NCBI GenBank assembly: GCA_965178125.1
Contig: OZ237758.1
Location: forward strand, 868,001-932,000
Length of the DNA: 64,000 nt
Direction of reading: 5' to 3'
Origin: Bilabrum cf. latius
Taxonomy: Eukaryota
The position numbers and the translations under genes are program-made. Under the pieces are notes generated by a model. The model saw only the letters and a program-made list of their open reading frames with translations. It did no database searches and was not told the DNA's origin. Positions within the stretch are counted from its first letter, which is position 1, and each line of letters opens with the position of its first letter. This document shows, piece by piece, positions 1 through 12,031 of this stretch.

Positions 1-1225
1 GTCTAGGGCACATGCCGGAGATGCAGCACAGTACAATGCAGCAGATAATCAAGGCGCACCTTCGTGTCCGCGTCCGAAGGCCACGTGCGACGATGGACCC
101 TGAAGACAACGGAGACGAAGAGTGGAAGGCCAGCGGTCAGTGCGGTCCCGAGATGCCCCCCGGCGTGGACTAGAGGAGATGCCAAGGAACAGTGCTTCTT
201 TATGCGGGAGAGCGGAACATCGAACCGCCCTCCTCTCCTGGCCTGGAACAGGTCGCTGACGCGGCGCAGAGGTGGGTGCAGTGCTTCTTGGCACACCAGC
301 GGAGCACCTGCTCCCTCCTGCCTCTCAGCGGGCGGTTCTCTCCTCTCCACTGGCACGGTCTCGTCGGGGGCGAGAGTGGCCATGATCGCCGCTGAAACAC
401 CTAGCTGCGTCAGGGCTGGGGCAAGCACCAGCGGAAGCACCGGCACTAGCGCCACCGCGGACCCGTGCATGTATGCTCGGCTGGGATTCGCGTGCGCAGG
501 CCCGCGGGTGGAGGTAGGTAGGGTAGAAGTGGTGGGGGGAGCGCGAGCGCAGGGGATGCCGAGTCAGGTGGGGGCATCGTGAGTGCGGGAAGATACTCCA
601 CGGACCCAGACTGATCCATGATGGACAGCCCACTAGCCGGGATGCGGTCAAGCGGCAGTCATCGGGCGCGCAGTGCCAAGCTGCGGCAGCAGCGAGCGGC
701 CGGACGCGAGGACGAGGACGCCGTCATCGATAGGGACATAAGGAACACGCTGTTCGACATGATGAGGGTCCAGCGCACGGCCCAGCAGCGGGCTCCGCAG
801 AAGCTCCGCAGAAGGCCAGGCGGGACGCAGCCATCGCGGCGAAGAGCGCCCGGCTGCGGACCCTGCGGGATATCAAGGAGGGGCTTGGGGCGACCGGGGG
901 GGGGGGCGTGGGTTGTGCAGGCGGGTGCAAGCAAGAGGAAGACTGGTAAGAGTCTAATTTACAATCCAATCGGATGAAGGTGGCGGGGGCGGCGATGCGC
1001 CGGCGAAGGGCGGAGGGAAGAAGGAGGATACGGATGATCTGGCAGGGCTACTTGACGAAGGGAGCTGGTGCAAAGGCGAAGGCAGGGAGTGCATCCTGTT
1101 GCCGTGGGGCTGATATCTGCTGCCAGACTCGCACAGGATCTAGCAGCACGTGAGTACGGGTACCACGAGCAACTGTGCGACCTTAAAGCTAAAAAGTAGG
1201 TTACGTTGAATTTGAATCGAATTAG

Positions 1226-1270
1226 CCGTCGCCGTGAAAGGTCGGATTTGGCCGACCGACCGGTATCGCC
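1226..1270. mobile_element. Solo copy of the right terminus of the piggyBac-like element at 5347-9250
   Basis: CCGTCGCCGTGAAAGGTCGGATTTGGCCGACCGACCGGTATCGCC matches the reverse complement of 9206-9250 at 44/45 nt. It is preceded by TTAG, and no partner end with a matching flank was found. Confidence 0.8.
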
Positions 1271-1496
1271 TGATCGCCGAGCTGAACTGTGTCAGGGTCA
1301 CTCTGCGGCAAATGCGACACAAAAAGTGCAAGAACATGCCTTGACTGACGGGATGTCTTCATCATTCAAGGTCAAGCGAATAGATCGAAAGGATGCACTG
1401 CTGCAGTGCAGGAGATGTACTCGGGCCGGAAACCATCAGGCAGGATCTACATCGGATCCCTTACCGTACATTGCCTGCCTTCTTCCTTCTGATTCC

Positions 1497-2624
1497 TCAG
1501 GATGGAGAGTCACCTTGGGAATTCGGGCCGTGTGCCGAGCTAGGGCTGGGGCTCTCGCTAGGCTCAGCGGCATCGACTCCTCTTTCCTCGCCAACAGGCT
1601 CGGCTGCATCGCGGCTTCCGACGAAAGTTGCACCAACTGTGCGCCACGTCCCCTTTGGGATCTTCTTGCCACTCGGCAACGTCACCTCGCTGAACGTGCT
1701 GTTGCGAAACATTCTGGCCATGGCAATATCTTGCGGGTCGGTCAATCGGATGATCTCTTCTTGTGGAACAGGCTCGGCTGCATCGCGGCTTCCGACGAAA
1801 GTTGCACCAACTGTGCGCCACGTCCCCTTTGGGATCTTCTTGCCACTAGGCAACGTCACCTCGCTGAACGTGCTGTTGCGAAACATTCTGGCCATGGCAA
1901 TATCTTGCGGGTCGGTCAATCGGATGATCTCTTCTCGTGGGGACGACGTACCAGTACGAAACAGCTTCAACAACGAAGTTATCTAGTCTAGGATCGACCT
2001 GATGACAATGAACGGATCTGGATACGTGGGCTTCTCACCAAAACGCTGCAATGCTTTGTTGATGCTGCTTCGCATGGCCAAATGGGAAACAAGCAGGCCA
2101 AGCACTGCCGATGCCAGGGCCACCGCAATGCCCACAATTGTGCACTCAATTGACCTAAGTACCAACACGACGAGGTGCGCAGCTACAGAACCGAGGCGAA
2201 GGCTGTGCATCGGGACGTGAAGATCAGGATCCGGTCGCCATATCGCCGAAATCACCACCAAGCAGCCGAAGACGCTGGCCAGGAGAGGCTCACCCACAAG
2301 TATCCCGTGGATAAGCAGAAGAGGGACTTCGATAGCCGTGATTGTAGGTGTTTCCACGAGTTGAAGCGAGAAGATCGCATTAACTTTCCTGATTTCATCG
2401 GGGTACTCGGCGTAGCGCCCATACTGTCTCTTGCACTTGGCCATTTTGAATTCAAACCAAGTGGGGGTTAGATCAAGGAATCCTTGCAGCACTACCAAAA
2501 GCGTAGTTCCAAGCAGCATGAGGCTGTACAAACAACCATATGCGATGCTTGGATAGTACGTGTGCGCCGTCCAGCCGAGAATTGAAACGCAGGCTATCGC
2601 AAGTATCAGCAAAGATGTAGACAT
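1497..2624 (-). CDS. Orphan multi-pass membrane protein with a C-terminal 58-aa duplication (one in-frame TAG); possibly TE cargo or degenerate
   Basis: ORFs 1983-2624 (hydrophobic segments) and 1497-1973 are in the same frame and separated only by TAG at 1983-1985. Ends at TGA. The start is uncertain and no family was recognised. Confidence 0.45.
1593..1935. repeat. Tandem duplication, period 174 bp (58 codons)
   Basis: The block starting AACAGGCTCGGCTGCATC at 1593 recurs at 1767 almost identically, preserving the minus-strand frame. Confidence 0.9.
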
Positions 2625-3693
2625 ATCGATACCTTGCTTCCACGAGCTTGAACTGTAGTATCTCGAAGGCAGATTTCGTCGCGAGTGTCGAGAACGGCGG
2701 AGGGTATTACGGATAGCACGCTATCACGAAAGTACACGTTTCCTTTCTCTTCGGCTTTGTTGGTCTGGGTTACTTTACTCAGGGCAGCACTTTGAGTGTT
2801 TCGATCACGGGGTGCTTTAAGGTCGTCTTCAATAGCCGGCAGCTCGTCCCGCTACCCGTTCTAGGCAAACAAAATGACGTTAACTACCGCAGTGCCAGTG
2901 GCAAGGCTGTTGTTTTCGGCTGACAAAGCCGTTCCGGACTGCTCTTACCTGGGTAGAGCAGCAACAGGAAGCAGCAACAGTGGCAGCTGCAGGTGAAATG
3001 GCAGATGCCGGAGCACTTGCAGCAGTAGCTGAGCAGGCCGAAGCTGAAGTCAACCGGCAGCAGGGAGTAATGCCGGTCGCACTCAACGCGCAGAGTGGAG
3101 TCAAGGGTGGAGTAGTCGCAGCTGCTGACCCTGGTGAAGCACCTCCTCAAGAGATCGAGCCCGAGGATCCACGAGCTCTAGCTGCACCACAACCCCACCG
3201 GCGGGTTATTGGTGTTGCCGGATCATCCTGAGTGATCTTGGGAGCCTCGATAAGGGTCCCGCGTGACCCGAGAGTGTGTAGTCTAGTGTGGTGCTCACGC
3301 TGTTCCCCGCGTACGTGCCAGGCACTTGCTGGGCTGTGACCGAAAGCCGAGCCTTAGTAACGGACGACCACGAGGGGTATGCATCGGCCAGACGGGTCGA
3401 AACCCGTTTGAAACCCGTCGCCCCTGGCCCTTCTGCCTCTTCTCCCGCAAGATGTGCAGGGAGCGGGCTCGGCAGGAGCACAGCAGAATCGAGGGACTCC
3501 GCAGCTGGTCTAATCTTGACCTAGTTCGACTGCTATAGGCAGAATATTCACCAAATGGGGACTGCATCTCTGTGCAGGCCTAGATTTGTCTTGGGATCAA
3601 CGACTCGAGGTCTGATTTTGGGTAACGTGCAGTATTGCAGCAAGAGCAACTGCGTTTTCCACGTGGCCCACCTCTGCGACCCGAGCTGTACAA

Positions 3694-5278
3694 ATGTTTA
3701 AAAGCGGATGCTGGAGTGCATTTAGAGCCTTTGGTGCGCTTGCGGGGACGGCTATGGCAGGAGGTGCACTGAAGAGCCAAATCGTGAGTTGCGCACCTAC
3801 GGATGAACCTTCTGCAGCTGCTGGTGGTGCGTGCGTGGACACCACTAAAGACCACTTGGTGATAACGTTTGGTGCTGGTGGATATGGATAGCTTGGCCAT
3901 GGCTCCGAGCATGATGAAGTGAGGGTTCCGGCCAATCTTAGTGTTGCCTGCTTGGCTTGTGTGTGTGCCGTGAGCGAGCGTTTCGATGAAATGTTTGTGG
4001 CAGTATTCGATTCGACCTCATTGCAGTTTACCGCAAAGCCAGTCGAAGCACTGGAAGGAAAGTCTCCGATACAGGTAGCTTCACACGGATCTGGGACCCA
4101 TTCCATCGTGTCCACATCCGACGGTGCAGTTGCCGATTTCGGCAACGGCAACGAGAGCAGGCTTGGGCACGGATATTATCCTCGCTCGTAGTACGTGCCG
4201 AATCAGGCCGTCCCGAAGTTTCTTGATCATATCGACGGCGAGGTCGTGCAGGTGGCGGCGGGCGGTGTGCACGGCGCCGCAGTGGGCAAGGGAGGCGAGC
4301 TGTGGACCTGGGGCAAGGCTTCCTAGGGTCAGCTGGGGCACAAAGATGCTCGCAAGGGGTATCCTAACCGAGTAGACGCGCTCAGTGGCGTAAAAGTGAG
4401 GCATCATTGAGCGAATGGATGGGAGTATCCTGCTTGCGTCGGCTTGCGTGCATGCTTCCAATCCTGCCGGGGGGCATCATCACCGTGCTGGCATTCCCGT
4501 CTGTCATACATCGCACCGTTCGTTCATCTCGCAGGTAGTGTTCGTGTCTTGCGGTCACAAGCACACGGTTGCGGTGGACGAGGATGGAACGGCATGGTCC
4601 TTCGGTGCCAACAGGGACGGGCAGCTGGGTCTCGGAGACGAAGGTTCCTCCAGGGGGGAGAGCGCCCCGAGGAAGGTGGAGGCACTGGTCAAAGCGGGCA
4701 AGAAAGTCGTGGGGGCTGCGTGCGGCAGCGATTTCACGCTGTTCCTCACGTCGGACGGGCAGATCTGGGCCACTGGAAGCGACTCCGACGGCCAGCTGGG
4801 CCAGGGGCAGCCCACCCCTGGACTGGAGGAGCCCAGCCTGGTGCGGGGCCTGGCCGGGCAAAAGGTGGTCAAACTGGCGGCGGGAGACACGCACGCGCTG
4901 TGCCTGACTGCCAGCGGCCACGTGTTTGCGTGGGGCTCCAACATCAACGGGCAGCTGGGCGTCGGAGACCGGGCCTCATCGGCACAGCCCCGCGAGGTGA
5001 CTGCCCTGGATGAGGGGGAGCTCGACGGCGCGGCCGTGGAGGGGATCGCGTGCGGCGGGGGGCACTCGCTGGCACTGCTCAATGACGGACGGATCCTGGC
5101 CTTCGGGCGCGGGAGGAACGGGCAGCTGGGCAGTGGGCAGCACCTGCAGAGCGTGGCAGCGTACCGCACCACGCCCACGGAGGTTGACTTGGAGCCTGCC
5201 GCAGGTGCGGGGTGCGGCAAGGTCGTGGCAGTGGCAGCCGGTGCCGAGCACTCGCTCGCTCTCTGCGAGCGCCAGTGA
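3694..5278 (+). CDS. RCC1-repeat beta-propeller protein; exons 3694-3918, 4027-4395, 4535-5278; 3 in-frame TAG
   Basis: Repeated FG/WG-x3-GQLG and H-S/T motifs. GTGAG...GCAG introns at 3919-4026 and 4396-4534 restore repeat spacing. TAG at 3889 (FGAGGYG*LGHG), 4189 and 4324. Ends TGA. Confidence 0.85.
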
Positions 5279-5346
5279 GGAGGCCGCACTGCACATGTGG
5301 ACTCGGTCGGGACCTGGGTAGCATACGGGTATCAATACCCGTATAC

Positions 5347-8300
5347 CCGGCGCCGTGAAAGGTCCGCCATTATTGGCATTCCGAGTCCCAAAATCGCGAC
5401 CATCGTGCCTTTAGGCTCCCATTGCTGAGAACTGGACCAATTTCTTGGGTAAATTTACATTGCAAAAATATCTAATGTAACATTTAAATGTAATGCAGTC
5501 CCAACGGAGCCATGCAATTCGCAGCATTAGACTGAAAACGAGTCGTGCTTGCGACCACCATTTTTGGCGACCACCCCCAGCCCAAGATTTTACTCGCTGG
5601 CGAGGGGTGCCAGATGCACGCACCGTGTGCCGCCAAAAAAGCTTTTCTTTGGTTTCTATTGGTACTTAGTAGGTAAACACATACTTTACAACATGTTATC
5701 AGGTCGCCAGGCTCATTCATTTGCAATCCAGCGAAATTTGGCTGCCATTCCAACACACGTCGGTTCAAACGGTTCCAAAATTTGCAGGGCATTTATACCT
5801 TAGCGCAATAGACTTTTAACTCACTGGCACTACTGTTGAGATAAAAGGGTATTGAATGCAATATCATGTGGAGGATTCCGTCTAAGTTTGCGAGAAGAAC
5901 GAGTGGGACGCGATAAAGTGGCTCCAGCGGCGCGTCCGAAGTTGGGTCTCGGGGTGCAAGTGCCCCTGGTGGGAGTGCCTCGTCTCGGCATCACGAGCAG
6001 AAATCCGCCAAACTCAGGCTCATCGATCAAAGTGAGTACGGTATTGTTATGGTTGATGGAATTGCATGGGCTGTAGCCGGCTATTATCGGGGTACCGTAC
6101 AATCTGCCGCAGAGGCACCGGAAGCCACGAATGTGGCACTCATTGACAGTATCCATGCATCCGTGGTATGCTTGACGAGGTGTTGGTTGAATAATCATTC
6201 CATGGTGATGTGGACGAGCTTAAATAATTATACAGAGGTATAATAGGGCCACAATCGGGCTTGCGTCCTGTGCAGAATTGGCCATGCACGGTGTTGCTGC
6301 AAGGCCACTGATATCAGCCTTCATCGCTTATTTGTGCTTAGCCTTCGCAGAAGCATCTCAGTCAATCCCAAAATTCTCATTGGAGTCTTGTAAACCTATA
6401 TCTAGCGTTTCGGTTGCTAGCAAGTAGTCAAGAAGCAGCCCGTCCCATGCGGCCAGTTCGAGCCGACGCGCTGGGTCCAAGCGTAAACGGCAAGAGGACA
6501 ATGCAAATAAATCGACAAAAGATTATGATTTACGTGATTTGTTGGGCGAAGCATAGGCCAGCGATGATGATATGGACTATGTCGGCGATTCAGACGAGGA
6601 CGAGCCGGTATCCAGTCGGTCTGCAACTTTGAGCCGGCCTCCGGTGCAGCATCGTAGGAGGTAGTAGGCTCACCAAGCAAAGCGGCGCAGAATAGAGCAA
6701 TATGAAAGTATGTTTCCTATGGACAAAATTGCATCGTTGGTTGATGAGCCTGAATATAGGTACTTCTTGAATGACCGGGTTGTGATTGGTGGTGATGGGA
6801 TCCCGATCGCTCGCACAGCGGCTACTCATGTGGCTGCTACTGAGTATGTCAATGGCTGGATGACGGCTCATCATGAACAACCAATATCTCCAATACGCAT
6901 TCTGTGCTCGCTGGTGCCTCTCGATATTGCATTTTCGTGGCGAGGCACTGCAGCGGCAGAGGTAGCTGGCCAGGCAGCCGGCCAGCCGGCAGCGACCAAC
7001 CAATGGACATGCCAGTTGCCATGATGTTCCTGGCCGTGGCATTGACTCGGTCTCTCATTCGACCCCGGATACCTTTAGAATTGCTGCAATCAAAGTAGTT
7101 CCTGGTGCGCATGAAAGACGATATCGTAGTGCAAGACTGGAATCGGTTCCATCGAAACTTGTCTTTCGCCGGGAGGTTGCAGGAGGCTCCGGCACCCCTG
7201 CTGGCGGAGGAGCGCGCCACAATGAGGCTAGGGAGTGTGGGCAGTCCTCGCGAGCGGGTACTCATAGAATATCCACCAGGCATGCTAGATGCAGTTTCAG
7301 AGTACTTTCGTGCGGCTACTTTGAGCCCAAAGAGCATCGCCGTCGATGAGATGATGGTGATGGCGTACGGCCGAAATCGGGCATGTGTCATCATGCCGAA
7401 CAAGCCCACATCGCATGGCTTTAAGCTATGGGCAGCTGCACGAAAAGACGGGTATGTGTACCATTTGGATCTAGCAACATCTGTTGCCGATGATACACGA
7501 TAGTACAGAGGGAAGGCTGAGTACTCGTATAAGGTAGCAACCGGCAGCGGCACCGCTGCCGGGTAGCTGACCCGGATGGACCTGCAAACAGCAGCTGTTG
7601 CGTCGAAGGCAATGGGCAAAAACTTGAACGGGGGCCTCCTAGCGGTGGATAACTACTTTACATCGGCTCCACTGTGTGATTGGGCCGCCAGCAAAGGCCT
7701 TCGGGTTGTTGGCACGCTTCGCCAAGGCAAAGTGAGCGGTGAGCTGTACCACGCGATTGGCTAGCTGAACAGACGAACCCCAGGCGAACGCGGGCAGGCT
7801 GTGAAGCGCGCTCTTCTTGGGTCCAGCAAAGTATCTTTATGTAATGTAACAGCTGGTGATGTTTTTGATGCGAGTGAGCTTCCTGCGGGATCGCTGCTGG
7901 CCGAAGAGGACCTTGGCAGTCGGGGCCTGTTGAGCCCTGGCCAGACACTAGCCTTTGACTCGCCAGATGATTCAGCTTATGGGATGCAATTTTTTGGATA
8001 CTGTGACCGCGCACCATTTCTTATGGCTTCTAACATTCCTACGAAGTACTTTGTTTGCTTGGTAAAGACGCTACGGAGAGATGGTGGCGACCTGAGTGTG
8101 GTGAACGCGCCCCTCGTGTCCGTCCTCTACAACAAGTACATGGGGGGTGTGGATCTAGCTGACAAGTTCCGGACGCAACTTTCGCTAACAAATTCATTCC
8201 AGAGAGAGACTAGGGCATACTTAAGAGTGTGGGAAGGTTTAATGGAGCAAGTTATCGTCAATACGTACATCATCTGGGTCAACTTGGAGGCACGTCGACT

Positions 8301-9250
8301 GCTAGATATCTACGCCACGGACCCACTCGTCGGCAAGCTGCTGGAGCTAGCAGCAAATCCGTTCAGGAACAGGTTTAGCACATGGTGCGGCATCGACAGG
8401 CTCGTGGTATGTTTGTGCAGCTGTTGTATGACGAATTGATGCGTCCTTACCGACATGCACGTGCAGGAACTCGCGGTGCTGCAACCTCAGCTGGGATGCG
8501 TGCGGAGGCGACCCCCGGGAACCTTGGATGTAGAAAGCAGCACGTGGTAGCTACGCTGCTGGGCTCGCTCCATTTGATTGGAAAGGAGTAGTTACAAGCA
8601 GGACTGATTAAATTTCTCAGTAGCGGACGATCAAAGAGCCGTCGAGTGGGGTGCAGCGCCAAGTGCAAGGGCTCCAGATGCAGCAAGCGGCAGCATCATT
8701 AGTCGGTTTCTTCCTATTAAGTGTGTTCACGCTGCTGCAAGTTCATTTTTGGGGATTGTAAAGAATCTCTGTATCATCTGGAAACAGGATTTGGCTGTGA
8801 TATAGATTAAGTTGATATAAATGCCAAGTAGATGGATGCACAAGAATCGGGTCGCGAAGCACGTAATTCATGGCAGGTCCACATTCGATTCAATATCTTG
8901 TAAACCGTTCGGTAACTTTTTTGCGCTAAGACTTATATATAATATAACCACCGATTAATTCAAAAAAGCTTGTTTATTTTGCAAGCATGCCTGCTTGGAC
9001 AAACTTCTGCAGTATCAAAGTAGCCCTTCCTGAAAATCGAGCGTTTGGTTTCATGACCACCAAATATACTATTGTCGCAAGTTTATCAATGAGTAACACT
9101 CGCAGTCGATAGTTAACTTATACAATTTTCAATATCTTGATATTATTTTAGGATTACTTGAATGGTACGCGAGAATCGGTAAGGTGAATTGAAGGTACCG
9201 ATATCGGCGATACCGGTCGGTCGGCCAAATCCGACCTTTCACGGCGCCGG
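5347..9250 (+). mobile_element. piggyBac-like DNA transposon, 3904 bp, 18-bp perfect TIRs, apparent 4-bp ATAC target-site duplication
   Basis: CCGGCGCCGTGAAAGGTC at 5347-5364 and its reverse complement at 9233-9250. ATAC at 5343-5346 and 9251-9254. AT-rich subterminal regions and an internal DDD transposase. Confidence 0.85.
6284..8810 (+). pseudogene. piggyBac-family (DDE_Tnp_1_7-like) transposase, probably frameshifted or degenerate
   Basis: Motifs IAVDEMM..YGR...MPNKP..HGFK, VDNYFTS..L, VGTLR and YNKYMGGVDLAD lie in one frame (about 6990-8380) linked through TAGs at 7096, 7501, 7564 and 7762. Frame changes near 6950-7000 and 8380. The Cys-rich tail has an in-frame TAA at 8718. Start uncertain. 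Confidence 0.8.
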
Positions 9251-9400
9251 ATACGGATGCGTGGATTGAACAGGCTGTGCATTTTGTAAAACAACCGCAC
9301 TAAAGAATACCATTGTGGGATTCCAAAACACGGCACTAGTCGTACGCGTCCATCAGAGGACCAAAACTTGAGAAACGTGGATTACTTCTCCTTGGGCACC

Positions 9401-11803
9401 TCAATCGAGGCACCCCATATCTCTCCTCTCGCCCTCGATGGCGGCCCGCACGCCAGGCAGCATGCTCGCGCGTGCCGACCGCGCCCACGCCCACCCTCGG
9501 CTCGCCACGAGTCGCCGCAGTTCAGGCCTCTCGAGGAAATGCGCCACTGCCTCTGCCATGCTCGGTGCGCTGGCCCATGCCACCGCACCCGCCCTAACCC
9601 ACGCGCGGTCCTCCCCGAGGTCCGCCGTGCTGCTCGAGTCCCACCCGCTGCTAGACCCCCGCTGTGTCTCATCTGACACTGCACCAGATTCATGCAGCCA
9701 CAGTGGCAGCTCGGTGGCATCCCCACCGGGTTCAGCCCCCTCACCCTGCAAAGCACCAGAGGTCTGTCCCGCATCCGAAGCAGTGCCGTTGCACTGTAGC
9801 ATCACCAGTGCCTTGGACCCGCCGTTCTTCTTCTTGTTCTTCTTGTTCTAGTCATCCCTTACTGCGCCTGCCCCCACCCACTTCAGACCCAGCTTGGGAA
9901 ACTTCTTTGCACCCTTCTGCCCCTAGTCCGCCACGGCCTCGGTCAGCGCCTCCCCGAAGCTCTCGTCCAGCGCAGCCTCAAGCGAAGGCGCCTCCGCTAG
10001 CACAAAGGCCCCGTCCGCCAGCAGGGGCACGATTCTAGAGGCCTTGCTCTCGTGCTGCAGCCACGAGCCCACGGAACCAGGCCACGCGGTTGCATTCCCG
10101 GGCGAGCCTGAACCTCCACTTCCGCCGGCCTTCACGCATGCCACCGAGGACCAGGTCTAGGGAACAAGGACGATCCTGCTCCTCCGCACCGCTCTCGCCA
10201 GCCTCTCACCGAACAGGCTCTCCGCCGCCACCAGCCGCAACCCCTTGATGCGCCGCTGCAGCTAACCCGTGAGACGCCGCCGGTGCGGGGTGAGTGCGCC
10301 GAAGAACAGGACGTCGATGTCGGTGTGACGAGCGCCGCGGCTGTACACCCGCCTCACACGACCCGCCCGAACCAGTGCCCCGGCCTGGTCCGACGCCCCG
10401 GACAGACCACCACTCTCCGAATCGCCCGCAAACTTTGCCCCGGGTGCCGGGCCCGAGGGGTCCTGTTCTTCTTCGCCGCCGCCTGCCTTGGGTGGGAGTG
10501 CGCCTGCGTGCCCCAGCTTGAGGGAGAGGGCACGGGTTGAGCCCTCGGAGCCTGCCACGGCCTATCCCAGCTCCGCCAGAGCGACCGACTCGGTGTGACG
10601 AGCGAGATCACCGCCCCCGAGCTGCACCGCCCACACTGGATCCACCCCGCGGGGCGGGTGCCTGCCCACTCCCTTTGGGCCGGTGCCCCGCACCGACCGC
10701 CGGATTCCCTCTTGTTCCCTGGTGGCAGCCCGGTGGCGCATCGTCAGCCACGCCGACAGCGCACCCTACGAGTCAGCCGCTGTTCCCTGGGGATCGTCCC
10801 CTTGTTCCCCCACGAGGCCCAGGAGGGGCTCCTGCCTGGCCCGCAGCTGCCTGTCCTCACCGCCAGCCGCACTCGATTCCGATGGCCACTCTCCATCGAC
10901 CAACCACTCGTCACTTGGCTGCTCCTCGTCCCCACCACTGGCACTGCCAGCAGGTCCCGTATGGCTCCGCATGGACGGAGGCACCCCCGGCCCCTCCAGC
11001 CCCACCCGCAGCGCGTCCCCCGCGAGGCCCAGAGGCACCACCCGCGCCTGCACGCCGTGCCAGCGGGCCAGCCGACGGGCGCTGATCGACGATAGGTCCC
11101 AGACGCGGAAGGCACGGAGCATCTGGGCGTACTCGGGGGAGATCCAGCCGCCGCCTCCCGGAAGCACGTGCTCCGTGTTGACGAGGATGGTGCCGGCGGG
11201 CAAATAGCCCAGAGAGGTCGCTCTCGAGGCGATCGAGGTGCTGCGGGCGGGGCGCGCCGATTCAGTGGCAGCACCGGGCTGCGACGAGGTCGAGTTTTCG
11301 TCCTATTGGGCATATACAGGCAGCATCTTGACCCTCTCTGTGGCCACCGCGTGTGCGCCGATCAGGAGCACCTGCGTGCCGTCCCACGACTGCCGGTCGC
11401 ACGCCAGCGATGCTTTGACGCGCCGAGCGAGGTCCGAGCTGTGCTCGTCCACGTACACGCATGCCTACACACTTACAGAGTCTACTTCGGGGGCTGCTGA
11501 GAGAGATCGGTGAAAAGCATTCACGATTGGCCCCAAAACATCCACCTCAGTGTCCGCACCGGCGAGCACGATCGTCCAGGCCCGAGAGCAGGCTCCAGCC
11601 GACCCGGCCAAATGATTTGCCACATACAGGCCATCCGCTTCGTGGGCACCGGCCTTGCCGATTGATAGCAGATTTTCGAGGCCAGAGGAAACGAACTGGG
11701 CTTGCGTTGGAGCGACCGCTTGGGGCAACGCCGCTTCCGCGGACAGTTCGAACAGAGAACCCGCGCAAATTAGGGAAGCAATTAGAGCAGCAATTCGGCG
11801 CAT
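9401..11803 (-). CDS. Signal-peptide-bearing glycosyltransferase-like protein, about 800 aa, 8 in-frame TAG
   Basis: Single frame from ATG 11803 (MRRIAALIASLIC) to TGA 9401, broken only by TAG. Motifs DIDVLFFGALTPHRR, LFGERLARAVRRSRIVL and SRIVPLLADGAFVLAE resemble GT-B glycosyltransferase C-terminal domains. Confidence 0.7.
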
Positions 11804-12031
11804 GGTGGCACAAATTCGAGATGAAAGTGCGCAGTGAAGAGCGAGTGAGTTGCCATTCAACGCACCGGTGGATTGGCTGCGCCAGGCTCCGAGTCACCTG
11901 CACTCGAGCGCACACAAGCACGCACGCAGCACGGCCTGCCTGCCTCGTTAATCGCCGCACGCGCGCCGCAGCTCCTGGATCCATACGCGCTGCACACTCA
12001 CACCGCAATTCCCAGACTTCACCACCACGAA

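Noticed and set aside
1-1200. Coding-like GC-rich sequence at the window start
   Set aside because: No frame stays open even with TAG read-through and no domain is recognisable. It may be a degenerate gene or TE fragment.
8718-8720. In-frame TAA within the transposase Cys-rich tail, suggesting TAA might also be sense
   Set aside because: It is a single case in an element that already has frameshifts. No intact gene has an internal TAA, and TAA ends EF-1alpha at its expected C-terminus.
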